Both the position numbers and the translations under genes were made by a program. The notes under the pieces are model-generated. The model searched no databases, was not told the DNA's origin, and saw only the letters and a list, made by a program, of their open reading frames with translations. A stretch of 63,970 nucleotides of DNA, counting the filler, from Klebsormidium nitens (Eukaryota > Plantae > Klebsormidiophyceae): NCBI GenBank assembly GCA_000708835.1. It is 5 parts of 5 records of this genome, joined end to end, with 100 filler letters (N's around TTAATTAATTAA, not from the genome) between each part and the next. Parts side by side here need not be neighbours in the genome. Positions count along the whole stretch, not along the records: positions 1 to 31,046 come from DF237370.1; positions 31,147 to 49,795 come from DF237915.1; 3 more parts are not named here. One strand, written 5' to 3'. Shown here one piece after another: positions 25,001 to 37,900 of this stretch. Numbering within the stretch: position 1 is the first letter of the stretch; each line of letters begins with the position of its first letter.

Positions 25001-26852
25001 TACTGTGGGGAAGTCCAGCGGACCAACGCTTACCTGGTCGGGAGCGAGGAATCGAGTGTAGGGGTCATGCAGGCTGCCTAACAGGCCCCGAATGGCGGAG
25101 TAGGCAGCAATGCGGCTCCTGATGGGGTGCTTCAGGGCCTCATCCCGCTTGGCCTGAATCGGAGCAGAACAGCCAATCGAAGATTCTCAGAAATAGTCCA
25201 CAACGAATTGGAAGGTACAAGAATCCGTTGTGCCTGGTAGATGGGGGAATCCAGAAGGACGCTTTCTGCGCATCCGGATCTGCCTGACTTTCGCCAGGGG
25301 TTAATCGCACATTTCGAGAATTGTCGGGACTGAGAGGTTTATGCAGAACAATGAGATGCTTTCGCTCTTTTCAAGAAGCAACAATAGAAGGCACTTCCTT
25401 CCGGCACAGAGAGCAGGGCAGCGAGTGTTCAACCGCTCTTAGAGAAGCAGCTTGCGAAGAGTTGTCTTTAAAGAGTACTAGGTAAACGTCTCAAAAGCAG
25501 GCGCCGTAGTGCCCTTCCTTGCCAGGTTGACACTACAATACAGCTCTTACTTTCGGACATTCTCAGTCTCAAAGCACACCCAAGAAAAAAGAGTTGTGCA
25601 CAGTTTTCTGCCAAGAAGAGGAAGGGAAGGCAAACAGAGAACCCACGACCGAAGTAAGAATGGTTGGACTAGAACTGACCGCCCAAGCTTCGCGATCAAA
25701 CCCCTTGCCCCGCGCATCGAGGTAGACCTGATCCACAACGTTCCATGCCTCCAGGACGAGGTTAGCATTAACCTCTGGGTTAAGATCCGGAGACGCAGCC
25801 GGTAGACTCTTCTCTACGGGGTTACCGACCACTCTCTGTTCCCCATCCTTGCTTTCGGCAGTGTCCCCAATGCTACTTTCTAACTTGCCAATGTGACCAG
25901 TTTCTGAGCTCCTATGCCGGGTGCTAGTATGCGGATGCAACGAGTGCAGAACGGTGACGCCTGCATGAATTGGGGGTAACCCGGGCGTGTGGTGTGTCAA
26001 AGCTGACTCGTCATGTCCTACTGGGGGGGCAGTCAATGGATATGCAGTGCGTGCCGAACCTGTTCTAGTCATCAACTCATCACCTCCTGTTCTCAAAGTG
26101 GGGTCGGACAGAGCTCCCCTATGAGTGAAAAATTCTTCCAATGTGTGTGACGGCTCAGCAGTGGCCTGGGCTGGTGGCACTGAGGTGGACGCAAGTAGAA
26201 TGGCCGCACAAAATGAGGCGAACCTGGTCACTGCTTGCCGAAACTCAGGGCCCGCTGGCGACTCCTCTCCTATTCGCAAGTCCGATTGAGTGCCTGCCTC
26301 ATTACTGCGGTTGCTGCCAGAAAGCCCCTCACAATCTAGCGCCTCCAATGTGTCTGGAAAGACTGGAGTAGCCTGCGGCCTTTGTGTGCCGCCTTCTTTC
26401 CTTCTGCTTTCGCATGCATTTGCGGCTGTGAAGCTATGGCCGCAGAAATGATTATCAAATTTCTGCCCGAGGATTCCAACTCTCCTACATTGTAACCGGG
26501 GCTTTCCTGCCTTTTCTTGCTGTCTCTGCTTTTCTGATGGAAAGCACCCAAAAGAACGGGAGGCTCCCCTCGATCTCCAACCAGACCCTAGGGAAGATGG
26601 GGCCTCTGTTTGAGCGCCAGAAGAGCTACAGCAACCCACTTCATCGAGATCGCCCGCATGCCATCGTGCACCACCATTGCATCTTGAAGGTAAGGGTTCC
26701 GCGGGTTTCCCTCCGGACTGGTGAAACGCAGCACCCTTTGCAGCGAGCGGCGAAGGCATGCCACCAAGCTGCTGCCAGCAGAAGGCACCACAGCTACTCA
26801 AAGCATAATGCTGCGCGCAACAAAGCTCGCTCAGCCCTGCCACGGGCAGCAT
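19056..26852 (-). CDS. ctpA: Carboxyl-terminal processing peptidase (S41A, D1-processing CtpA; CTPA1-like). Exons: 26852-25680, 25153-25034, 24368-24231, 22924-22657, 22077-21956, 20312-20127, 19455-19326, and a tentative last exon 19162-19056
   Basis: Phase-consistent GT-AG exons give [78 protein letters not shown], catalytic Ser in [16 protein letters not shown] and Lys in TYGK|GLIQSVYEL, and IEPDF. The start codon, the long N-terminus and the terminal exon (weak acceptor) are uncertain. Confidence 0.9.
20415..20890 (-). repeat. Three degenerate intronic copies of the ctpA exon 6 acceptor and 5' end
   Basis: Variants of ...gttctt(c)tgggtctcgggggtccg.ccgactgtgta.acaacct at ~20415-20495, ~20575-20690 and ~20820-20890, matching the real exon start at 20312. 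Confidence 0.8.
21630..21955 (-). repeat. Three degenerate ~105-110-bp tandem copies of the ctpA exon 5 3' end and donor
   Basis: gcttacc.tttccccctcg.ctaag at ~21845 and ggacaggcg.gcagtgtc at ~21655 and ~21750 echo 21951-21990. Confidence 0.75.
23036..24067 (-). repeat. Four degenerate copies of the ctpA exon 4 acceptor/5' end plus one copy of the exon 3 donor, all in intron 3
   Basis: gaaggcggacttgcccttgac...gccct(g/a) motif at ~23036-23095, 23170-23265, 23355-23415 and 23690-23745; acctgcc...ccgctgcgtgcg...caggacc at 24017-24067. Confidence 0.8.
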
Positions 26853-29808
26853 TGTGGCGCTTGCAGCAAACGGGTAAGAGTTGGGTACGGGTGCGGCAGA
26901 CTGGCGCCTGAGGATACCGCATGTCAGGCAACTGGTGATTTTGACAAGGACCCAAAAAGCCCACCCTCTTCCTTCCGTTCTCTTTCAACCCTAGCTCCTT
27001 TGACCTCCTTGACTCAGAGTCAGAGACGAGATATTTTCCAGTTTGAATTGTTGTACTGCCCGTTTGTTAGATATATAATACTGGTTCAAATGCGGAGCCG
27101 TTTTCTCACCATTTCCCGCCTTTTTGGATTCTTTTATTGAACGTTGAATACTGGTACCTTCTACCGGTATGCGTGCGCATGCAAACCCAAAATATCTTCA
27201 GCTGAAACCAAATTGCAAACAGGCTTGGGTAAGTCCCAACTTTCTGCGTAACGTGGTTCGACGACCGGTGCTTCAATGGTCATTGTGTTGACTGTCCTCT
27301 ATTATCTAGAAATATCAAGATCGAAATCTTTTGGACAACTGGATTACTGTAGCTAGCTGCTTCCTTCTTTGTTCGGGACTGGTCAGTGTAACCACTTTGC
27401 TAAACCCCTGGTTCTTTTGATTTGCAATATGGTGTACCGGCCAGAGAAATTCGTAATCAAATACTAAATGGTAAGAAAAGTGAAAGCAGCTGAACAACGG
27501 CAGATATTGATATCTACCACTGCATAACCTGTTCATGCAAATCATGGCAAGGGCTGCGCTTCGTGGTGCTGGCAGGCGTACCGGTAAGTTGCTGGATTGC
27601 CTGCTCAGGAGTCGGGGCATACCTAGGGCAGAGGTCCTACTAGGACTCCACACAGGACACATCTACAGAACTTCTAGCTAAATTTGCTGCAGGCTTCCAG
27701 GTGGTCGGTGCATTTGGCGGCGCCCTTTTCCTGATGGCTTTTGAAAATTGTTCACCAATATTTGCATATGTGTCTGAGATGTGTCTGCGCTTTTCTTGAA
27801 ATACTCCTTTAATTCGTTGGACATAGTACTTGTTCAACATTGTCCTGGCAGGTTCACATCAGGTAGCCAAAGAAAGTCCTGTAGATGCCAGCAGCCTCCA
27901 CTGCCTGCAATTTTTATGCATCAAGCTTCAATTCAAGCTGGAAGTGCGAAGTCCACTTGCAGCCTTTATTGCCTTTTGCCACGGTCTTCCTTGCTGAGGT
28001 AGCCTTTTGCAAAGTGTATGAAGTCATCACCGCTGTGAGCTACATAAAAGGATGTTTCACATGCAGGATTGCACGAACGCCTGAAAGTCCTCCTTTCACA
28101 CCCTTCAAGTCACTTGTTGCAGCAAGCACAGCTACTGGTGTGAGTCAGTAGCAGTCTTGCACGGGACGGTGAGTCTTGCGGTATTGTCCATTTCTGCCGC
28201 ATGTGCAATGAGCACTCTGAAACCCATCGATTCTTTATAACTCCTCTGATAGATCCCAGTCTGTCGGTATGAGGAGGCAAGAGAGCATCTTGGGCGAGTA
28301 CGGAGCGACAGTGGGACAAGCCCCCCCAGCACCTTCTGGTGCAATAACCGCAAGCAAAGGGATCCCTCCTCTGCATCCTTTCAACAATCATCTTTCCTCC
28401 CCACCAATGCAAACAACGGAGTCAGGCGAAGGCGGCCCCTGCAGGTTTCGTTGGGCACCTGATAGCAGATCTGTCATGTGCGTCCCGTTCGGAGCCCAAG
28501 CACTCTGGGGAGCGAAGCCCGGATTGCTCCTAAGCCAACACTTGGGTGTGTCCAGATCAGCTTTTTATCTTTGAAGAGGCTAAAGATTGGTCCAACCCAA
28601 CTCCCTGTGCATCTGAGGCAGTTCGACCGTTGTAGTTGTGTCTGTTACTAAGGAGCACTGGAACCCAGTGTCGTTCCGCATCTTCTCTCAAGAGTTACTT
28701 GATGCTCGTTCAAGCAGAAATTGTACTCAGGAGTGCTTGTGTGGAGTTTGAAGTTCCCCTTGCTTTTTATGAGCAACTCAAAAGATCATCAGCACGATGA
28801 CCTAAGTTGTGTCCTAAAATTTGCATGCGAAGCCTCACCGTGCTGTTCAAGAGCTCTCTTGATCATATCGCAACTTGGAAGTAACACCATTGCACTCAGT
28901 ACTTCATTCTGGCTACTTCATTTCCGAGAACAAAGTGGTATATCAGCTTCTTGCCCTTCCCCAGCATTTAGGTTTGCGTGTCTGGTAGTTTGAAGTACAT
29001 GCGTTCCGTATATCGGTACTGTTTGCCTTTTTGCTGTTTCTGACAGTGCATTTGGTTGGAAGCAGAAGCCTGAAGAGTCACGAACTTGACGTCAAGTCAA
29101 CAAGCCCGTGCTCCTGCCGCCGCTTAAAAGTCCTCTTACTTTCTATGGTGAGAGCTTAGGAGCCTTGAAGGAAGTGTCTCGATCTCGTTCCTTTTTCACT
29201 TGAGCCCTGATTTTAACAAGCAAAGTTCGAGAGCTGGTAACTGCCCGCACCAATGCCGGAGATCAGTTTTGATTGCGAGCAGCTTTTGACTGTTATTTCG
29301 ACCCTTTTGCCAAGGCCCAAGGGCACGATGACTGACCATTTTGCAGTTCTGGAAAGAGTACCGGGGCCTTGTCTCGTTTTGAAGCTGTATTGAGGAGCTC
29401 AAAAGTATAAACTGAGCTTCGACTTTCCAAATGCGATTGTGTCTGCACCTTCAGCCAGAGGAGCAGCAACCGGAGAGACAATTGTTGCAACAGCTGGAAC
29501 TTCGTTGCTCAGACTGAATAGGAAGATTGATCTTTTGTACTTGCTCTAAGACTTGCCGAGACGCAGCTTTTGCGCCTTGTGGCATGGGCATCAAATTTGT
29601 TGTGATCACAACAATGTTCTTCACAACAACTTAAGAGGGGTTTGCCAACTATGCAACAAGCGCATGGTCAATGCTCTGTGCTTTTTTGGCTGGTAAGTCG
29701 GAGTTGCAGGCCGGTACAGTCGTACAGCCATGCATAAGATTTGAATCTATGCGACTCTCATGCTGAATGCCTAGGTTTTCATAGCAAGAAGTCGTATAGT
29801 GACACTCA

Positions 29809-30391
29809 GGCATCGTGTCAAAACATCTGTGCAAGGGCGTCCGGAACTCCGAAAAATAAACCGGCCACCAGGGGGGTACGACCGAAAAATAACTTGAAAA
29901 AACCGGCCACCAGGGATATCCCGGTTCTGGATCGATGTAAACCGGATATAAGGGGATGGAGCCTGCAATATCTACTTGTTGATTGTCGAAACATGACCAG
30001 AGGTTTTTCAGCTACTTTTCTTCGATTCGGCGCCGCAGTTGGCTTGTAAAAGGCAAAAAAGAGCCTCTGGATTTATGTTATTGTGGTGATATTCGTGCCA
30101 GACCAATTGGTTCGAGACTGGTCGGTTAATGTGGCCCCGTAATCCCCCGCCTCTTGCAGGGGGCTGATAGGGTCAAGTACACACATACGAGGTTGATCAG
30201 TCGCTAATACGCGGAAGTTCACAGGTACTTGGAACGATCTAACGTTTATCAGCAAATTTCAGCCGGGCACCGGCCACCAGCCCCCTCGACTCATCTTGGC
30301 GGAGCTCTAAGAACCGGCCACCAGCACCTCCAGAAAAATTGCGGAAACCGGAGTTCCGGACGCCACTGCACATATGTTTTGACACGATGCC
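29809..30391. mobile_element. Non-autonomous TIR element (MITE, 583 bp), PIF/Harbinger-like
   Basis: 43-bp TIRs at 29809-29851 and 30349-30391 (GGCATCGTGTCAAAACAT..., 3 mismatches). 3-bp TCA duplication on both sides. Internal ACCGGCCACCAG motif four times; no ORF. Confidence 0.82.
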
Positions 30392-31046
30392 TCACCCATG
30401 TAACGCTTTAACTGCAAGCTTCCGCATTTGCTGGAACATTGTGATGTTGGCGTGGTTCTGAGCTCGAGTTGAGGAAATAAGTCGAAGTTGATGATAGAGA
30501 ACACGGATTCTTCTGGTGTCGCTTGCATCTTAGCTAGAATCTGTTGCATGAGTAGCATGTTACCAGCGTCCAGGTTCGTACGGCTTGGGAGTAGATACTA
30601 GACACATGAGCGCACTTCGACATATGCAATATATGATGACAGTGGGGCCCTGGTGGAGCCATGCTACTAGCTATGTCCGATGAGGTATTGGCTGCGCTTG
30701 TAGGGTGTTGAACGATTGTGGTGGGACGACTTTATATCGATAATTGCGGGTGACTCCTGTTGTGTATGCGCCGAAACAACTCTGTACGCCTGATACAACT
30801 CTGTACGCCTGATTGGGACGGAAGTTGCAACTCTGATGAGTCAAGTCTATATCCTGAGTGGTACATGGCCGGGCGGCTTGTGCACCATGTATGCAGGGAG
30901 ACACGTTCAAGATCTCAAACCCGAACACTAGCTCGAGTCTGAGCATGTACGGGCTCAATTTTTGAAAAGGGAGTTAAGCCATAGTCGATGATATGAATCA
31001 TGCATATCTTTTAGCTTCAAGCTTCGAATGAAGCGGCGCTGAACAG

Positions 31047-31146
31047 NNNNNNNNNNNNNNNNNNNNNNNNNNNNNNNNNNNNNNNNNNNNTTAATTAATT
31101 AANNNNNNNNNNNNNNNNNNNNNNNNNNNNNNNNNNNNNNNNNNNN
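31047..31146. other. Assembly gap with artificial TTAATTAATTAA linker (same at 49796-49895, 55441-55540, 60265-60364); plain N gap at 34754-35332
   Basis: Each linker gap is exactly 100 nt with a 12-mer carrying stops in all six frames. Confidence 0.97.
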
Positions 31147-31921
31147 ACCATGCCGCTAGGGAGCCAAAACTATGAGTGCCGGAATTGGCCCTACCTGATC
31201 CTGCGAACGCCCAGCGGAGAGATGCAAAGTGCTGCAAATATAACACCTATCGTTCAGAACTTACCTTGGGCTATTGAGCCACCATGCCTTGAGTCTGGTC
31301 CAAGTCCTTTCAGCCTGTACACACTGTTGCTGATATGCCTGCACTGTTTCCGACCAGCGCTGCGTGCCTTGATGCCCAGACCTGAAAAACATGCACTGCT
31401 GTGAGCTAAGGAAAACAAGTCAGCAGCAATCAATGGCATGGTAGAAAACAGAAGCAGGTTCTGTCAATGCTTTCTTGTATGATGGGGTTATGTTAGCCAT
31501 AAGAAAAGTATTTCAGGCAACTATTTGGTCCAAGGTACGGCGCTGAGGGACTGGGAGGAGCTGTTCATTGCCAGATCTTGACATCAACACTCCCGATCAA
31601 CAGTCAGACTGCCTGAGTATGATCAACATTCAGTGACCCGAGCGGCAACGCCTCAGATGGTAACATTCGCTGAACCAAGCAGAGATTGGACTGAAGCAAC
31701 ATCCATTCTGGGCTTCAAGGAGTTGCTCACAGAGGGGTGGCACCCTGCTTCCTGGATGCTCTAGCTTAAAGTTGATCCTTCAACTTTCCTGAAGGATGGT
31801 CCTCGGATCCTGGCAATGCATTTATGTGGATTGGCAGAAAGCTCCTGAAGTGCTTGTCCTGAGCTGTCTCTGAAGAAAGAAATGCATGGTCAGGACTGCA
31901 GGAGAGATATGCAACTTACGC

Positions 31922-31963
31922 TGTAGTGCTTGCAACTTGTCCGCCCACCAAACGTCCCAATGC
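31922..31963 (+). other. Isolated CX2CX4HX4C zinc knuckle, probably a decayed retroelement ORF1/gag remnant
   Basis: CSACNLSAHQTSQC in ORF 31886-32095; surrounding frames are closed by stops. Confidence 0.35.
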
Positions 31964-34900
31964 CCCTTTCCGCCACGCTCGTTGGCACCAGCAGTGCGGC
32001 CAGTGCTCCATCCTTCCTGCTCCATGCGACCTGCCAATGGCAGCAGCTCATGGGAAGTGGCCGCATTGCTTTCCTGCCTACCGGTAGGTAGCTAGTTGCA
32101 GCACTGTGGCAGGCGCCATGTCGCTACCTTGGTATCTACTACCTACTTTGCATTGTCTGCTCAATGAAGTCAGATGACTTGCAGATTTGAAATCCTTTCT
32201 CAACGCTGTTGCAAGCATTCAGGACCGTCCGATAGCAAAGTTCCTAAATCGTACGGCGCGTCAGTACATATTGGCTGACGCGACGCTTTTCTGAAACCGG
32301 CGATCCCGGTAAGACTGATCTTACTCATGAGGTGCTCTACTAGCGCCGTAGTACTTAGCGGCATACGGGGCGTCACATACGGGGCCTGCGGAGCATAGGA
32401 TATGTAGACTCATATGGCCTATTATTGTGTTCAGTGGGCTTATGTGTAACTTCAGCATAGCCTTCCTACTCACGGATTGAGGCAACATCGAATCAACGTG
32501 GTTTCGGATGTTGATCTGGCCGTTTATATTTGATCAAGAACTGGTCGGGATGTCAACGGATAGTGTTTCAACTGGTTATAATCATCATCTACAGGTTTTG
32601 ATTCGTTTTTGGTGTTGATTCGACAAAAAACTGCGTGTTGAAATTATATTCTATTGATATTCCGTGGAATCAACACCATATCGACAAGAACCCAAAACGC
32701 TGATGTGTGCACAGCGGAGGCTGTGGCTGGCAGCGACGGAAAGAACCTGCCGGGAAAGATCGAGGTAAGTAGACTCTCTCAAGAAGACTTTTCAGGTTCT
32801 GCTTTTCATTGTCCAATTCGTTCACATATAATAAGATGCTAGGGCACAACACATTGATTGCAGTGCACAGAGGAGCAGGTAGCATTGGCCGCTTCGCACG
32901 TGCACTTCGCAGAAGGGATTTTATTGTCTGTTTCTTGCTTTCAGAGCATGCCACGTTACCTGAGCTTGCTGGGTCTATGTTGGGGCTTCAGAAGAGAGAA
33001 GCCTGTCTCCATATTACTTATTATATAGCCTGGAAGTATGTTCTGAAGGCAAGCAAAAAGCTGAGAATCAAAATAGCAAGCAGTGGCTTTAACATTACCT
33101 GGAGCCCTGCTCAACCAACTGAGAACAGGCAACAGACAAAGTCTTGTACCTGCACTGGTTGCTGCTGCATTGCACAAACTTCCTCATCTAAAGCAGATTG
33201 CAACACCTTTTTTGGAATAGGCTTGGCTCGCCATTAGGTTCTATTTGCTGCAGCTGACTGCTCTTGCTGAAAGGAAGAAGGATGTTTACCAAATTATGGG
33301 CTTCTTTGAGAAGGGCAACTAGGTCGTTGTGACACAAGTGAACGTTCGTGGATTGCAACCTCGGACTTTTACTCAGTGTCTCGCCATGCGTTTTCAAAAT
33401 CCCCTTTTCTGCCTTCTGGGCTTCGATGATTCCTCCAGCATACGAGACAGCTCACTAGACATTAGATGCTGGCATGTAACACACAGTTTGACGTCAGTAT
33501 GTCAACTCAGAATGCATTAATTGTCTGACTGCTCTGTTCTTCTAATGTCATGCACGGACTCTACCAGAGAGCCAAAGCAGAATTCTTATCGAAAGTCTTG
33601 TCTGCAGTTCTTGAAGGAAGGACCTGAACAATCCGTGAGCACAGTGCATCCCCATCTTACTGATCGCCTGTCGCTGGACAGCCGCAGAGTCACATGTGAG
33701 CCTTTCCATCCATCATTGAATCGAACTTTGAAGACTGCAACTCGAGCTTCGGTGATACTTTTGGAGCGGGCTTCGGATTTTCTATAGCCAGACTCGTTGC
33801 CCAAGACCTCTGCGGTTCATGACCAGAATTTTGGTGAACCTTATATAGCAAGATGATTCGACTGGATTGAATGGACCAAACAATCATTCGCTATTCTGAG
33901 AGCATGCTTCCGAGGCATCCGAGTTTGCTTTCTGCTGGGGTCTCGACGCTCAAATGTCCTTTTACTTCTGAGCGCTTGCTGTCGCATACGCCTTTGTTTC
34001 ATTGTGAGTAAAATGAAAAGCCATGTGAAGGTGATTGTTTGGTTGGTTCTTGCGCACCCCTCACATAGTCGACCGCTAGTTTTGCAGCGTGCCCTCGCTT
34101 GACCAGCCAACCTTGTTTGAATTTTCGGAACTATTTTCTCAAGTACACCTTTCTATGCACGTTCTGAAAGCACGCTGCTGATCTTGCAGTGCGGGCGACT
34201 TCCTGAACCAGGTAGGCATCACAAGTGGGCGGCACCATCGACCGGCACCAAAAAGATTAGGGAGCTGTCTTCTCGTCTTCCTGCATGGCTGCAGCCGGGG
34301 CAGCCCCGCAGTCGCAACCTTGACGAGACGCAGACAATCATACTGAAGCTGCTGATTCTTGGCCTGGTTGTGCCCGCAGGTAAACTCTGCAAAGCACTAG
34401 TTGCCCTGATGTTGTGGCTTAGCATGGATGTTGATAAGGTAATAGATTTCTTAAGTCACTCGCAATCGCTGCCGTCAGCGCCTCTTGCTTGATGTGGCCC
34501 TCTGGTTGCTGTTCTCAAGATTGCCACCCCCACAATGCGCTGTCCTTGTAAAATGCGACGAGCAATTTCCACAATCGAGCCCGTGGCAACGCACTTTCTG
34601 TGAGGGAAAGGACGTGGCAGTAAGTCAAAGCAGAAGTTGGGCTGCTGTAGTTGGGCTGCTGATTGTTTGAAGAATAGAGCGTGCAATTTGAAAACGTTGA
34701 GTTGCCCCTCGTCCCTCGACCTGCAAGTCTGAATCATTGTTTTGCGAGCTTGCNNNNNNNNNNNNNNNNNNNNNNNNNNNNNNNNNNNNNNNNNNNNNNN
34801 NNNNNNNNNNNNNNNNNNNNNNNNNNNNNNNNNNNNNNNNNNNNNNNNNNNNNNNNNNNNNNNNNNNNNNNNNNNNNNNNNNNNNNNNNNNNNNNNNNNN

Positions 34901-37900
34901 NNNNNNNNNNNNNNNNNNNNNNNNNNNNNNNNNNNNNNNNNNNNNNNNNNNNNNNNNNNNNNNNNNNNNNNNNNNNNNNNNNNNNNNNNNNNNNNNNNNN
35001 NNNNNNNNNNNNNNNNNNNNNNNNNNNNNNNNNNNNNNNNNNNNNNNNNNNNNNNNNNNNNNNNNNNNNNNNNNNNNNNNNNNNNNNNNNNNNNNNNNNN
35101 NNNNNNNNNNNNNNNNNNNNNNNNNNNNNNNNNNNNNNNNNNNNNNNNNNNNNNNNNNNNNNNNNNNNNNNNNNNNNNNNNNNNNNNNNNNNNNNNNNNN
35201 NNNNNNNNNNNNNNNNNNNNNNNNNNNNNNNNNNNNNNNNNNNNNNNNNNNNNNNNNNNNNNNNNNNNNNNNNNNNNNNNNNNNNNNNNNNNNNNNNNNN
35301 NNNNNNNNNNNNNNNNNNNNNNNNNNNNNNNNAAACTTCTCAGCTCCTTCTTTGAAGTAGGGATGTGGATCCATATGCTCCTTCCTTCTGGCCGTCACTT
35401 TTTCGACAGTAAGGCAAGTCAGATTGAGTACGAAAAGCTGGACACGCCCGAATCTGGATCGCATGCAATTAAGACGACTTGAGTTTTGACTTTGAGTTGA
35501 TCAATATCTTTTGATCAAGATTGATTTCGTTTTGCAGGGGCCTCGTCATAGCACGTACAACATGTACGACTAAGTTGTGGGCGAGTTTTTGGAAATCGGT
35601 TTAATTGATATGTGTCAGGACGTAAGACATGGCACCTGAATGTTTCTTGATCAGCAAGCGTGGAAGCCGAGTTTCATTAGAAGCATGTAAGGAGCACTGA
35701 TGAGTTGCGGCCAAGGCCCAAATTGCAAAGAGAATCTTGCGGCTATGTATTCTCGTATTCGAACCTAATGCTTATCTCTGAATGCTTGTATCTGCGCCTG
35801 TACAAGATTAACACTCAAGATTAACACTCAGATAGCCACAAGGATATCGGTTGCGAGGCTCTGTCAGAGCTAAGCTCGATGGGCAAAATGATAGCTATAA
35901 CAAGGTACCCAGCTTGAGATTCAAGAAGTACCTAATCACCAATTGGGCCAGGCGCATTTGAGGTGTTGAGCTTTACGGATAGATTTTGCTTCGTCAGCAT
36001 CTCCTATTGATGAGTTCCTACACTGTGTACGACACTGTATGCATGTGACACATGTGTTGCTTATGAAAAGATGGTACAGTTTCGATGTGCCTACCTAAAA
36101 CAGCTAGGCCTAGCTAGTATTAGTTGAAGTTTGAACCCATGACGTTTTGGCACAACATGTTCGATCGATTAGCAAAGCCATCTGTTTAGGGTTCGGGCTA
36201 GGGTTTAACCCTTTTGCCCACGATCGCTCAAGCACGTTCTACCGTCGATATTTCGCCTGCGGCGACCGACGGCCGTAAGAACGCCTCGGCGGGGGCCCTC
36301 CCGGGCCCCCTCCCGACCTCGTTTTTGCCCGGTTTTCCCTCCCGACCCTTAGAACGCGGCCCGTGGCGCGACCTTGCATTCCCTCCCCGGGCGGCAGGGA
36401 TGGTTCATATGATATCCCCATAAGGGCTCTCTCCCAGACCATAGGGGATGGTCCCATCCATTACCGAGCTGTGGGCCGTTCCCACACAGCAAACCCTAAT
36501 GCTGGCTGGTACAGTGACTGTGGTACTCGTAGTTGTAGAGAGCCAGGCACTACCCGGTACCGGCCGGCCACTTGGGCTCTTCTCGGGCCAACTGTAGTAC
36601 CGGTATGCAGCTCAGGCACTATGCAGAGCAGAATTGACCATCAGTGGCGCTTGCCTCTTGCACCTCTGCCGCGCCAGCAAGCTCCTCTGCTCACATTTTT
36701 ACGGATTGTATCAGGGTTCTCTCAGTGGAGTCTGACTTGGCGGTCCCTCAGCAAAATTTCCCTCAGGAGTTCTCGCTTTCATGACCGTCGTTGGTGGTTG
36801 GTTTGTGGGCAAGGTAAGCTTTGCAAAATCATTGCGCTAAATGCGTGGCTGCCCTTTTCTCCTCTCTTTGAAGACAAGCGTGGTCCCCTCTTGGTTGATT
36901 ATGTCCTGTGTTCCTACCAATTAGAACATGATGGCACTTTGCATTTGCCTTTTATGATTGGATGACACATTTGGTGGTTTCTGAAGTATCCTCTGAAGTT
37001 CACCAATCAATTGCCCTTACTTCTACGAAGTTGGATTAGGCAAAGCCAGGACATTGAGGCAGACCTGAAAATGGGATCAGGGGTCAGCTCCTGGCATGCG
37101 TGCGCCACGTAACGGCTTGTTCTCTTAGTGTGTGTACTGGTCAACTGCGTCACTGCGTAACGGCTTGTTCTCTCAGAAGTGTACTGGTCAAGAACAGCGT
37201 GTTCATTGTATAAGTATTATTGTACCCGGGCTATTAGTTACAGAATCAAGGAATCAGAAGGGTTATGGCCAGGCTCCTGTGTGTACGAAGACAGACTTTT
37301 TTGAAGTACCATGAACTTGGCCTCAAGGCAGAACTTTTCAATCTTTCATCATCGATGGTAAGGTGGCAGGGTTCAGGAGTAGGTCTGGTCTCTTTCAATT
37401 GAGATCACATTCATTATTGGTACGTGGCAATCAACAAACGGCTTCATTCACCCCCACAAAGCATACTCATGTAGACGTTTCTATCACAGGGTCTGAGCGC
37501 TGGCGACCAGCAATAGAGTCTTGTCAATGACGCAGTCTGACAGAGGTATCTTGGGCACCAGTAATGGGAGTTGCGAGCAGCTGGGTTCATGCTGTCATCC
37601 CCAGAGCCAGGTAAGCGACGGGCTTGTTTGAAAACTAAGGCGATCTAAGGGACATCTGAGATGCAACTTCTTGACAGCTTCTTAAGTTAGGCGAAGATTA
37701 AGAGCCTCTTAGTAAATCAAATCCTGCGGCCTATCAGGAATTTGATCATCAGTCGAACCAGACAAATTTTTGGAGAGTATCATTGGCATTCTCTTGACGA
37801 GCCTGGTGACCTGCCGGCTTGTCAATAGGGTCTGTCAATCAGGCTTGCTTATATTGGGAGTGTGCTTCTCAAATTATATATTGGGAGGGGTCCAATCATT

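Noticed and set aside
31091-31102. Repeated TTAATTAATTAA palindrome (also 49840, 55485, 60309)
   Set aside because: Always centred in a 100-nt N run; an artificial six-frame-stop scaffold linker.
32654-34492. Several 60-140-aa ORFs that look partly protein-like
   Set aside because: Could not be chained into exons or assigned to a family; probably decayed repeats.
34625-35482. Long ORFs of 207-279 aa across 34.6-35.5 kb
   Set aside because: They are translations of the N gap.
37108-37190. 47-bp direct duplication (also a 13-bp one at ~35807 and a 12-bp one at ~38713)
   Set aside because: Simple slippage duplications with no further structure.
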